Shown in pieces: positions 38,855-48,517 of a stretch of 64,000 nt of DNA. Numbering within the stretch: the first letter of the stretch is position 1; the number at the start of each line of letters is the position of its first letter. The notes under the pieces were generated by a model. It worked only from the letters and a program-made list of their open reading frames with translations, was not told the DNA's origin and searched no databases. The position numbers and the translations under genes are program-made. Source of the DNA: an uncultured Candidatus Saccharibacteria bacterium (lineage in GTDB: Bacteria > Patescibacteriota > Minisyncoccia > Phycocordibacterales > UBA1006); the NCBI GenBank assembly GCA_964350165.1, contig CAYGJA010000003.1:4233-68232 (forward strand), in the 5' to 3' direction.

Positions 38855-40894
38855 ATGAACACAAACCCATCACCACGGCCAAGCCGAAATAATAGCCCCA
38901 GCAACCAAACCAGAGTCTATCGCTCTGGAACAGGTTCCAGCACAAAACCCAAAACGCACTCAGGCGGAAACCGACTTACCCCAAGGCGGACAGAAACGTC
39001 GGGACAATCAAGTCACACAGGCGACAATCAGGCCCAAAGAACGGCTGGTTCAGCAAATCATCCCCGAGGAGGTCGAAATAATAAACGACCAGGTGGCTCT
39101 TCAAGTGCACCTCGCCGAAGACTGTCTTCGAACCGAAGGCCCCGAAGACAAAAAAGCACCAAGCCAACCTCATTGCGCGCGCCAGAAAACGCGAGCAGTC
39201 TTATCGCCAATATTCCTCCACTTGCCAACGGTGACATTCGTATAATTCCAATTTGTGGAGTCGAATGGATCGGCACCAACATGACCGCCGTTGAATACAA
39301 GGACGAAATTATTGTTATTGATGCCGGTTTTGGTTTTGGAAATCCGGACACTCCTGGTATCAATTACACCGTTCCTGATATTGCCTATTTGGAAGCGAAC
39401 AAACACAAAATCAAAGCTTTGGTAATTACCCATGGCCATCTTGACCACGTAGGCTCTATCCCTTTTATCATTGAAAAAATTGGAAATCCACCAATCTACA
39501 CCCGTGAATTTGGAGCAATTTTTATTAAAAAAAGAATGGAAGAATTTCCACACATAAAAGAGCTGGACATTGTCACAGTACAGGCAGACGATGGATTCTT
39601 GCCTCTTTCCGAAAACCTCAAGGTTCGCTTCTTTGGTTTGACTCATAGTATCCCCGACTCCAGCGGAGTGATCATCAAAACCCCCATTGGAAGTATCGTC
39701 AACACCGGTGACGTACGTGTCGAAAACGACAACGGCGTTGTACCTCAGGCAGAATATGATCAATATGCATTTTTCAAAGACGAAAATGTTCTTCTTTTGG
39801 CAATGGACTCAACCGGTGTTATCAAGCCAGGTTGGTCGCTTAGTGAAGAAGTAGTCAAAGATAATATCGACAAAATCATTCGTGACGCTCAGGGGCGATT
39901 GTTTATTGCAGCCTTCTCGTCTCATGTGGACCGCATGATTTCTTTTATGGAAAGTGCAAAAAAATACGGCAAATACGTAGCCATTGAAGGTCGATCCATG
40001 AAAAGCAATCTTTCTATTGTTGACCATCTGGGACTGACTAATTTTGACCACGTTATTTCAACAAAAGAAATAGATAACTACCCGCCCAACAAAATCCTAG
40101 TTCTTATGACCGGGGCTCAGGGTGAACAATATTCTGCCCTCAACCGCATGGCCAACGAAACTCACAATGATCTCAGACTAACCCCAACCGACACGGTCGT
40201 ATTGTCCGCTTCGGTTGTTCCAGGAAATGATTTTGCCGTCTCCAAACTAAAAGACAACCTATATCGCGGTAGCTATCACGTGGTTACTTATCAGGACAAC
40301 CAGGTTCACGCCTCTGGACACGGAAAAAGAGAAGAGCTTACTTGGATTCATAATCAAATTCCATACAAATTCTTTATGCCTGTTCATGGTGAACACAACA
40401 TGCTCAAAATTCATGCCACCTTGGCCAAAGAGCTCGGTACCCCTGAAGAAAACATTATTGTTCCAGACAACGGAAGTGTTATCGAAATTCGCGACAACGG
40501 TAATAGCTTTGTAAAACTCAAAGAAAAAGCACCAGCCCGAATGATTGTTGTTGATGGAAAAATGCTAGGTGAAATCCCTGATGTTGTCATGCGTGATCGA
40601 AAAATGCTAGGTGAATCTGGAATCTTTGTGGTGGTGGTAAGCGTAAACACCAGAACCGGAAAACTCAAAAAATCACCAGATCTTATTTCTCGAGGCTTTA
40701 TTTATCTTCGCGAAAACCAAGAACTGCTACATAAAGCCAGAAATCTTGTTAAGAAAACAGCCGAAAAAACAGCCAAGCCAGGTATGGTTGATTTTGACAA
40801 TGTCAAAAACCAAGTCGCCGAAGCCGTTGAACGCTTTTTGTTCCAAGAAACAGGCAAAGAACCCATTGTTATCCCCGTTGTGCTCGCAGTATAG
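38855..40894 (+). CDS. rnj: Ribonuclease J with long disordered N-terminal extension
   Basis: ITHGHLDHVG, THSIPD, TGAQGE, HASGHG, PVHGE. Confidence 0.96.
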   Translation: MNTNPSPRPSRNNSPSNQTRVYRSGTGSSTKPKTHSGGNRLTPRRTETSGQSSHTGDNQAQRTAGSANHPRGGRNNKRPGGSSSAPRRRLSSNRRPRRQKSTKPTSLRAPENASSLIANIPPLANGDIRIIPICGVEWIGTNMTAVEYKDEIIVIDAGFGFGNPDTPGINYTVPDIAYLEANKHKIKALVITHGHLDHVGSIPFIIEKIGNPPIYTREFGAIFIKKRMEEFPHIKELDIVTVQADDGFLPLSENLKVRFFGLTHSIPDSSGVIIKTPIGSIVNTGDVRVENDNGVVPQAEYDQYAFFKDENVLLLAMDSTGVIKPGWSLSEEVVKDNIDKIIRDAQGRLFIAAFSSHVDRMISFMESAKKYGKYVAIEGRSMKSNLSIVDHLGLTNFDHVISTKEIDNYPPNKILVLMTGAQGEQYSALNRMANETHNDLRLTPTDTVVLSASVVPGNDFAVSKLKDNLYRGSYHVVTYQDNQVHASGHGKREELTWIHNQIPYKFFMPVHGEHNMLKIHATLAKELGTPEENIIVPDNGSVIEIRDNGNSFVKLKEKAPARMIVVDGKMLGEIPDVVMRDRKMLGESGIFVVVVSVNTRTGKLKKSPDLISRGFIYLRENQELLHKARNLVKKTAEKTAKPGMVDFDNVKNQVAEAVERFLFQETGKEPIVIPVVLAV

Positions 40895-40908
40895 GTTATA
40901 CTAGCCTC

Positions 40909-42096
40909 ATGCAAAAAAAATCAGCAAAACGACTGCTCTGGGTCGTGTATTCAGTATTTTTTCTCTATAATCTCCACCTCTCTCTTGGTCTTTACCTCAA
41001 CTCTAGCTTCCTCAGCGAAGGCTGTGCTTGTGGCATACCAGAGAGAATGGTTGGAGTGCTCTTTGCTCTAGGTTCTCTTGGCGGAATCATTGTCACCCTC
41101 ATGGTGAGACGCCTGGCCCTGGCAGCGTCATCATCAAAAAAACTATTCTTGATAGCGGGTGCAACGTCGCTAGCAACACTGCTTGGTTTTATCTTTTCTC
41201 ATTCAGCCGCCATTGTTGCTGTCCTGTTTATCTTGTATTGGATGTCGAGCTATCTTGTTATCTTTTTGGCAGACATTTTTGTCGAGAGCTATTCTGACGA
41301 CCAAACCACTGGTGACACCCGAGGAGTGTTCCTGACAATCGCCGGCCTTGGCACCATGCTTGCCCCTCTGGCAGCCGGAAATCTTGCCGATGCACCTGGT
41401 GGTTTTTTTGTGGTTTACATTATCGGAGGAATCCTCGGCGCGCTCAGCATGCTTGTTTTTGCAATCTTTGCAAAAAAAATAAAAGAACCTCAGTACCAAA
41501 AAGTCAGTATTCTCAAAGGTGTTCGCGTCTTTCTTCAGAATAAAAATTTTCGAGGTGTGTTTGTTGCCAATTTCTTACTCCAATTCTTTTTTTCTTGGAT
41601 GATTATTTATACACCAATCTATCTCATCCAACATGTCGGTCTGTCTTGGTCTAATCTCGGTATTATTTTTACTGTTATGTTACTTCCTTTTGTTCTCATT
41701 CAAATCCCGCTAGGTAAAATAGCCGATCGCCTGTTAGGCGAAAAAGAAATCATGATCGCAGGTGTTGTTATTATCGCCCTCAGCACCACTGCGGTTGCTT
41801 TTCTTAATACACAATCAATCTGGCACTGGATTATTATCCTCATGCTAACCAGAATTGGTGCTAGCGCTCTACAGGTAGCCAGTGAATCTTATTTTTTCAA
41901 GCAAGTGAACGAATCCAATATCAATGTGATTTCGATATTTCGATTAACATCTCCAGCCGCTTTCTTAATTGGCCCACTGGTTGGAACAATTCTATTAGGC
42001 TTACCTGACTTTGCTTTCAAAAACCTCTATCTTGTCTTGGCCGTTATTGTTCTTTTGGCACTTCCTGGTATTGCACAAATACAAGACTCTCGATAA
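40909..42096 (+). CDS. MFS transporter
   Basis: About 12 TMs; GKIADRLLGEK motif A-like. Confidence 0.85.
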   Translation: MQKKSAKRLLWVVYSVFFLYNLHLSLGLYLNSSFLSEGCACGIPERMVGVLFALGSLGGIIVTLMVRRLALAASSSKKLFLIAGATSLATLLGFIFSHSAAIVAVLFILYWMSSYLVIFLADIFVESYSDDQTTGDTRGVFLTIAGLGTMLAPLAAGNLADAPGGFFVVYIIGGILGALSMLVFAIFAKKIKEPQYQKVSILKGVRVFLQNKNFRGVFVANFLLQFFFSWMIIYTPIYLIQHVGLSWSNLGIIFTVMLLPFVLIQIPLGKIADRLLGEKEIMIAGVVIIALSTTAVAFLNTQSIWHWIIILMLTRIGASALQVASESYFFKQVNESNINVISIFRLTSPAAFLIGPLVGTILLGLPDFAFKNLYLVLAVIVLLALPGIAQIQDSR

Positions 42097-42108
42097 ATAA
42101 ATCCATCC

Positions 42109-43281
42109 TTAATCCAAATACTGGAGCTCTTTGGTGTCTGTCTTGGCTATCAAGAGTGGCCCAATAAGCGTAGTAATGGCGCTCAGTACAACCAGAGCGG
42201 TTACCAATTCTTGGCTCAACAATCCCCTCTCTAGGCCCAAAAACGCCACCGCCAGGGTCGTAGATAGTTGTGGAACCGAGGCCACCCCCACCAAATGAGA
42301 AGCTGATTTTGATAATTTTGCCAATCTCCCACCCAAATAACCGCTAAGGTATTTTGAAGACAGCGACGCTAGCAAAATAATAACCACCAGTAAGGCCGCC
42401 CCCTTGGCCTGGACGAGAATACTTAAATTTGTTTGAGCCCCAACGAGTACAAAAAAAATAGGAATAAAGAGGCCGTAGCTTACGGTACGCAACTGAGCAT
42501 ACAATTTGTCACTAGATATAGAATCAGACAGAATTAAACCAGCCAAAAACGCTCCCACGATTGGATGTAGCCCCAATATCTCGAACAAGATAACCACACC
42601 TATTAATACAGCAAAAACCCAACGTACTTCTTTTTGAAAAATATCTTCGACAACCTTGTCTTGGCTGTGCGAAATAAAAGTCTTGTTTACTTTTGGCACA
42701 ATCCATCGCAAAAAAACAAACGTAAGCACCACGAGTCCGTAGAGTGGCACCAGTGGGATACCCACCCCAAACCCTTGAGTCTGCATAAGCACAGACAACA
42801 ACACGAGACTCATGACGTCTTGAATTAATGTAGAAGAAACAATAAAACGCCCCAATCGATTATGGAGGATTCCCTTTGCCTCCATGGCTGGAACAACTAC
42901 TGCCACCGAAGAAGACATAAAAATTATTCCAATAAGTAGTGCGGGGACCTTGTCGAGTCCCAACAAGATGCCAACGACAAATCCCAACACAAAAGGCAAG
43001 ACACTGTTGATTACAGCTACAAGACCAATTCCAGCTAATTCTTTGCGAGCATGATTAAGCTTGGTTTCTAGGCCTGCCATAAACATCAAAAATATCAATC
43101 CTATTTCTGCAATAAAAAGCAACGTGCTATCTAAAGAGAAAAAACCAAAGCCCTCTGGGCCGAACACCATGCCTCCAATAATAAGAGCCACCACCCAGGG
43201 CAAATGTAGCCTTCTAAAAAATTCAGATGAAGCAACTGCAACAAGTAACACTATAAAAAAAGGTATAAGCGGTGTTCCCAT
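42109..43281 (-). CDS. Cation:proton antiporter (CPA2, KefB/NapA-like)
   Basis: AEIGLIFLMFMAGLE, SSSVAVV, LIQDV, GAFLAGLILS, FIPIFFVLVG. Confidence 0.88.
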   Translation of the reverse strand: MGTPLIPFFIVLLVAVASSEFFRRLHLPWVVALIIGGMVFGPEGFGFFSLDSTLLFIAEIGLIFLMFMAGLETKLNHARKELAGIGLVAVINSVLPFVLGFVVGILLGLDKVPALLIGIIFMSSSVAVVVPAMEAKGILHNRLGRFIVSSTLIQDVMSLVLLSVLMQTQGFGVGIPLVPLYGLVVLTFVFLRWIVPKVNKTFISHSQDKVVEDIFQKEVRWVFAVLIGVVILFEILGLHPIVGAFLAGLILSDSISSDKLYAQLRTVSYGLFIPIFFVLVGAQTNLSILVQAKGAALLVVIILLASLSSKYLSGYLGGRLAKLSKSASHLVGVASVPQLSTTLAVAFLGLERGLLSQELVTALVVLSAITTLIGPLLIAKTDTKELQYLD

Positions 43282-43284
43282 ATG

Positions 43285-43536
43285 TTATCTGCGTCTAATA
43301 TAGACAAGCCAAGCTAGTAAGACTGACCCCAGCTGTAACCCAGCCACCAAACCAAATCCAGAAACCACCCAGCGGCTTATCACCAGGGCCACTAGTCCTA
43401 GCAAAATAAAGAACAAGGCTCGCTTGCTAATTCGCGTGCTTCTTTTGGCATAGGCCAAATACATCTGAGACACCCACCCAAACAACATCAAGAGCCATCC
43501 CAGGGCTTCGATACTCATGAGTTCAGAAAAATCCAT
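43285..43536 (-). CDS. Small membrane protein
   Basis: Three hydrophobic segments; TATACT 7 nt before ATG; directly upstream of the antiporter. Confidence 0.55.
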   Translation of the reverse strand: MDFSELMSIEALGWLLMLFGWVSQMYLAYAKRSTRISKRALFFILLGLVALVISRWVVSGFGLVAGLQLGSVLLAWLVYIRRR

Positions 43537-43591
43537 CACTTTTAGTATACAACGGCTTGTTATTATTGCTTGGCTCTCGTAGAATCAGGGC

Positions 43592-44311
43592 GTGAATAGA
43601 GAAAACTTGATCCGCATAGAAAAACATTTGGCAAATATTGGCTTGGCTTCTCGCCGTGAAGCCAAGGAGCTTATTCTGTCTGGACAAATAAAACTCAACG
43701 GCAATACTGTGCGAGAAACAGGAATAAAGATTAATCCCAGTACAGACAAAGTAGAACTAGCTGTCAGTGCTCAGAAGAAAATAGCGCAAAAGGTAACCGT
43801 AGCGGTATACAAACCACGCAATGTTATCTGTGGAGACAGCGACGGCAAACACAAAACTGTTTTTGATGTGTTTCCAAATTTCAAAAACCTCAACACAGTT
43901 GGTCGTCTAGACAAAGACAGCGAAGGTCTCTTGCTACTTTCTAACGATGGCCTCATCACCAAAGCCATTACCGATCGTACCCACCCCTCAGAAAAAGAGT
44001 ACGTAGTCACAGTACGCGAAGACGTCGTCCCTTGGATGATTAAAAAATTCGAACAAGGAATAAAAATTGAAGGCGGCTATATCACTTTACCGGCCGAGGC
44101 AGTCAAAGTAGACAAGCACACCTTTGCTATTACGCTTCGTGAAGGAAAAAAACATCAAATACGAAGAATGGCTAATGCCGTTGGCTTGACCATTTCTTCA
44201 CTCAAAAGAGTGCGTATCAATTCTATTTTTCTAGACAACCTACGGCCCGGACAATCTCGCCGGCTCACCAGTGAAGAAGTCGCTTCTTTTAAGAAAAAAG
44301 TAACGCGCTAG
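43592..44311 (+). CDS. rRNA pseudouridine synthase (RsuA/RluB/RluF family)
   Basis: S4 domain ASRREAKELI; VGRLDKDSEGLLLLSNDG; EGKKHQIRRM. Confidence 0.93.
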   Translation: MNRENLIRIEKHLANIGLASRREAKELILSGQIKLNGNTVRETGIKINPSTDKVELAVSAQKKIAQKVTVAVYKPRNVICGDSDGKHKTVFDVFPNFKNLNTVGRLDKDSEGLLLLSNDGLITKAITDRTHPSEKEYVVTVREDVVPWMIKKFEQGIKIEGGYITLPAEAVKVDKHTFAITLREGKKHQIRRMANAVGLTISSLKRVRINSIFLDNLRPGQSRRLTSEEVASFKKKVTR

Positions 44312-44772
44312 CTGGCAAGACCCTTGTCGCTCTCAAAATCAACCTGATTGTCTTGATCCAAGGTAAACAAAGCCTGTGCACCGTTTACATCAACCACGTA
44401 ATCACCAGCAGGTAATCCAAGAATATCTAGGGATATGTTTTTTTGGTAAGGAGCTAGCGCCATGGTGCAAGCCTCGTCAGTGGGACGATTTGTGTTTACG
44501 GTGACTCGAAGCACATTGCCCTCGATACTTTGGTCAACTTCTCCCAAAGTAGTGCATCCATCAGGCAGATTCCCACGAATAGTAGCGATTGCCTGTAACG
44601 GAAAAGACTCCAGCATGGTTACTTCGACTTCGTCGACAACTGCCAGCCCAACGGTTACCTCTCCAGAAACCTGTCCTTCTGGCTCGTCTTTTCCTAGCCG
44701 AGTCAGCAAAAGCCCTCCAACGACAGCACCAATAATAATAATTCCCATAATCCAAAATTGTTTGTTGTTCAT
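44308..44772 (-). CDS. Membrane-anchored hypothetical protein
   Basis: TM then VDEVEVTMLESFPLQA...GNLPDGC...ACTMALAPY...GDYVVDVNG. Confidence 0.7.
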   Translation of the reverse strand: MNNKQFWIMGIIIIGAVVGGLLLTRLGKDEPEGQVSGEVTVGLAVVDEVEVTMLESFPLQAIATIRGNLPDGCTTLGEVDQSIEGNVLRVTVNTNRPTDEACTMALAPYQKNISLDILGLPAGDYVVDVNGAQALFTLDQDNQVDFESDKGLAS

Positions 44773-44833
44773 ATCTCTATTGTTAACTCTCTTTAGCATA
44801 CTCCCCCAAGGCAGTAGATGCAATTCATTTTGC

Positions 44834-46111
44834 CTAGACAAACAAAGAATACTGCACCAGCCAAATTCCCACCGCAGCCAAAAAACCAAGCAAGGCTGGA
44901 ACAAATGCTATTTTGAAATATTCTGCAAAAGTAAGTTTTTTTACCATTCCAGCCGCAATAACTCCAGACGCAGAACCAACCAAGAATAACGATCCTCCCG
45001 TACCGACGACAATAGCCAAGAGAACCCACAGTGAACTTGCTTGTGTCTGAAGAACCTCGAGTGCAACAGCCGTCAAGGGAATGTTATCAAACAGGCCCGA
45101 AACTGCACCCAAAAATACATTTCCAAAAATAACCGCCGTCACCGATTGGGTTCCGTAAAATAAATGTGAAATCTTGTCCAGAATCCCCAATGACCCCATA
45201 GCTGACACGGCTAGCAAAATTCCAATAAAAAACTGAATCGAAGCCATGTCTGTTTTTTGAATCATGTCTTCGATAGAGGCATTGAGATGGGTACGCTCTC
45301 GAGTCAAATGCCGAAAGGCGTCAACCACAAGCCAGGTAATACCAACACCTAACAAAATCCCAATTACAGGGGGGATATTCACGACTCGAGCCACCACTGG
45401 TAACATAAAGCCAAGCGCAACACTGGCCACGACCGCCTGATCGGTTTTTGAAATTTTAGGACAGACCCGTGGAGCCGTGTCTTTTATCCCCGGAGACTCT
45501 ATTTCTATTTTTCTATACAACAGACCGCAGGATACCAAGAACAGGGCCACAGAAGGCAACAATCCCCCGACTAGCACTTCGGTAGCAGTGAATTTGTCTG
45601 CAAACCACAGCATAATAGTAGTAACATCTCCAATTGGAGAAAAAGCTCCCCCAGCATTCGAGGCAATAACCACTCCAGCTGCCACAACGAGCAGGTTTCT
45701 CCCCCAAAAAAACTTACGAGAAATCTGAATCATTACAATCACCACCGTCAAATTATTGATAACGGCTGATAGCAAAAAAGCAAGAATAGCGATAACCCAG
45801 AATTGCTTTTTTGCTCCGATTCCCTGGTTGGCCAATTTTACTTGTAAATAATCAAAAACCCGATAATGCACCAAAACCTCCACCAACACCATTGAGGCCA
45901 ACAAGAAAATAACAATGCTGAAAATCTCGGCACTACTTTCGGACAAAGTGGTGGTAACAATAGCTGGATCAGACAAGCCCACCACAATCCAAAGTAATCC
46001 ACCCATCACCAAAGCGACCGCGGCTTTGTTTACATGCGCGCGGTGCTCTAGGATAATTCCAATATAACCAAGGCCAAATATGGCACTGGCAACAATTTGA
46101 GCCAAATTCAT
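44834..46111 (-). CDS. NhaD/ArsB-type (IT superfamily) Na+/H+ antiporter
   Basis: HVNKAAVAL, SAVINNLT, ASNAGGAFSPIGDVTTIMLW, DNIPL, GTGGSLFLVGSASG. Confidence 0.88.
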   Translation of the reverse strand: MNLAQIVASAIFGLGYIGIILEHRAHVNKAAVALVMGGLLWIVVGLSDPAIVTTTLSESSAEIFSIVIFLLASMVLVEVLVHYRVFDYLQVKLANQGIGAKKQFWVIAILAFLLSAVINNLTVVIVMIQISRKFFWGRNLLVVAAGVVIASNAGGAFSPIGDVTTIMLWFADKFTATEVLVGGLLPSVALFLVSCGLLYRKIEIESPGIKDTAPRVCPKISKTDQAVVASVALGFMLPVVARVVNIPPVIGILLGVGITWLVVDAFRHLTRERTHLNASIEDMIQKTDMASIQFFIGILLAVSAMGSLGILDKISHLFYGTQSVTAVIFGNVFLGAVSGLFDNIPLTAVALEVLQTQASSLWVLLAIVVGTGGSLFLVGSASGVIAAGMVKKLTFAEYFKIAFVPALLGFLAAVGIWLVQYSLFV

Positions 46112-46179
46112 AAAACTATGCAGAGTAGTAAACACCCACCAGGAAAAGATTGCAAGGGTTTACCCTGCTTAAAGGTCTT

Positions 46180-47016
46180 TTATCCAATCAGCTCTTGTGC
46201 TTCGGTCATTATTTTTTCGGCAATCTGAGGGGGTATTCCCAAAGTATTGATAAGCTCTTTTGCTCCATAGGGCAACAGATCGCGGACCAAAATCATCTTG
46301 TGTCGAGCAAACTGTTCTCGTTCGAATCGAGAAACAGAAGGCAATACGGTGATGGGGTAAAGTTTTTTATCCACAATCATTTGGGCCAGATTATCTTTTC
46401 CGGGATAATTCCAGCCAATAATCTTCATTCGGCGACAACGACCATAAGTAATGGCTTTTTCTGTGAATTTGGTATTGGTCATCACCCACATCTGATAATG
46501 GTCTTCGTCAAACTGCTTGTCTGAATTACGAGAAGCAATATCTATTAATCGCGCGTCAGCATACATTACATCATCGATATGAGTTTTACCGCCAGCTTCG
46601 TTGCGATATTTTGCCTCAATCAAACAAACCTCCGTGCCTTTTCTGGCGATTATATCTATTTCGTGGTCAACACACCTTCCCGGCATCATGACATTGGTTT
46701 CGGTTTCATAACCATGAGCCTGCATAACCGCCGACAAAAATTGTTCAAATAGAAACCCAGCCGGCCCCAGATCACTAAGCGCTCGACGCAAACTATACCG
46801 AGCGGTAATCTCGATGTCTTCTTTGATGAGATAGCCCAAAGCCTGACGAAAAATCTGAGTAGTGGTAACCTCGGGAGTTACCTTTTGGGCAATTGCCTCA
46901 CAAACATTGCGAGCCAGGTCTTTAGGGGCGCCAGACTGTTCGAGCGAGTAGCACAATTTGTCCGCCTCGAAGGGCTCTTTTTCACCGTCTTCTTTGATGA
47001 TCTGGGGCTTTGACAT
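46180..47016 (-). CDS. ATP-cone domain + Mrr-like PD-(D/E)xK endonuclease domain protein
   Basis: IIKEDGEKEPFEADKL (ATP cone); GPAGFLFEQF, HEIDIIA...LIEAKY, VMTNTKFT, IIGWNYP. Confidence 0.8.
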   Translation of the reverse strand: MSKPQIIKEDGEKEPFEADKLCYSLEQSGAPKDLARNVCEAIAQKVTPEVTTTQIFRQALGYLIKEDIEITARYSLRRALSDLGPAGFLFEQFLSAVMQAHGYETETNVMMPGRCVDHEIDIIARKGTEVCLIEAKYRNEAGGKTHIDDVMYADARLIDIASRNSDKQFDEDHYQMWVMTNTKFTEKAITYGRCRRMKIIGWNYPGKDNLAQMIVDKKLYPITVLPSVSRFEREQFARHKMILVRDLLPYGAKELINTLGIPPQIAEKIMTEAQELIG

Positions 47017-47211
47017 GCAGATATTCTATCATGCCAAAGAAAAAAGCCAGCAACCATGACGGTTGTAGCTTTTATGAAAAATAATGCGTGCGAGATTTAC
47101 ATTTTTGTTACGTTAGGGAATTTCCTTTGACCTAACGCATCACAAACAAAAATCAATGTGCACAACAAAATATGTCATAATACCGAGACTACTATTAATC
47201 AGATTTCATTC

Positions 47212-47919
47212 ATGCCCGACAAAGACAACCCCAAAATACTTACTCCAGCCGAGATTCGCGAAGGCTGTATCACTCTCAACCACGGCGAAAACAACGAATC
47301 CCGCCTGTGTGTTATCAACGAAGAATTTCGCCAGGCATTTGACTTTGTGTCTCAATTTCCAAAATCAGTCTCTGTTTTTGGCTCAGCCAGATTTACAGAA
47401 GGCAACGAATACTACGAAGCAGCTCGGTCGCTTGCAGCGCGAATCGTCAACGAAACAAACTACGCCATTGTGACCGGTGGTGGCCCGGGCATTATGGAGG
47501 GTGCCAATCGTGGAGCCAAAGAAGCCGGTGGTGTATCGGTGGGCCTGAGTATCCAACTTCCCATGGAACAAGTAACCAACCCCTACCTTACTCACGAGCT
47601 TAACTTCTATTATTTCTTCTCACGCAAAGTAACCTTGTCCTACGCAGCCGAGGCTTATGTATTTATGCCTGGTGGTTTTGGCACCATGGACGAACTCTTT
47701 GAAATCCTGACCCTCGTACAGACCCACAAAATAGAACGGGCACCGATTATCCTCTACGGCACCGAATTCTGGAAACCAATGATGGAATTTGTTATCGAAA
47801 AAATGCGCGACGACTGGAAAACCATCGACCCTAACGACCTAGACCTCATGACAATCACTGACAAACCAGATTTGATTATTGATATCATCAAAAGCGCACC
47901 AATTCGAAAACGCGCCTAG
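47212..47919 (+). CDS. LOG-family nucleotide monophosphate nucleosidase (TIGR00730-like)
   Basis: VSVFGSAR, VTGGGPGIMEGANRG, PGGFGTMDELFE. Confidence 0.93.
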   Translation: MPDKDNPKILTPAEIREGCITLNHGENNESRLCVINEEFRQAFDFVSQFPKSVSVFGSARFTEGNEYYEAARSLAARIVNETNYAIVTGGGPGIMEGANRGAKEAGGVSVGLSIQLPMEQVTNPYLTHELNFYYFFSRKVTLSYAAEAYVFMPGGFGTMDELFEILTLVQTHKIERAPIILYGTEFWKPMMEFVIEKMRDDWKTIDPNDLDLMTITDKPDLIIDIIKSAPIRKRA

Positions 47920-47922
47920 AGC

Positions 47923-48486
47923 CTAGAATATCTTGTCCCAGAGTGATGTTCCCCCAAGTGCAACGGTGGCAATAGACCAAACCAACAACATATTCCCAAG
48001 CAATAGCGGCGCAACCATTCGCCGAAACGGATATCCTAAAAAAGCCAATATAAACATCAAAACATCTCCCGGAAACGGAGTAAATCCGGTATAGATAATT
48101 ATGACGCCCTGAACCAGGATTTCTTTTTGCTTGTTCATTATTTTTCTAAATTTTTCGAGCCATGCTTGGATTTTTTCCGGTATAACCTGATGGCTACTTT
48201 GTCCAAAAGCATAAAAAACAAGATCGCCAATCAAAAGTGCTGGCCCACAGACCAACATCATAATCCCTATCGGCACCCCACCAATAGCAAGACCGCCAAT
48301 AACCGCAAAAAAAGAAGCAGATGTCACCGTGGAGACACCACCCAAGAGAGATACTAAAAAAGCCACCACCAAGCTATTCCGAACGCCCAAACGCCCTACA
48401 ACTTCGCTTGGTGATACAAATGAAAACAAAACCGTGATAGTAACAATCACGAGCAAAAACATCAGGAATTTTTTCTTAGAACTCAT
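47923..48486 (-). CDS. Membrane protein, DedA/VTT-like
   Basis: IGDLVFYAFG, FTPFPGDVL, LLGN. Confidence 0.6.
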   Translation of the reverse strand: MSSKKKFLMFLLVIVTITVLFSFVSPSEVVGRLGVRNSLVVAFLVSLLGGVSTVTSASFFAVIGGLAIGGVPIGIMMLVCGPALLIGDLVFYAFGQSSHQVIPEKIQAWLEKFRKIMNKQKEILVQGVIIIYTGFTPFPGDVLMFILAFLGYPFRRMVAPLLLGNMLLVWSIATVALGGTSLWDKIF

Positions 48487-48517
48487 TACCTGATAAGTAT
48501 ATCAGGAACAGAATTTT

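Noticed and set aside
23932-46111. Three cation/proton antiporters plus MscL as one system
   Set aside because: They are dispersed, from different families (NhaA, CPA2, NhaD) and ordinary for ion homeostasis.
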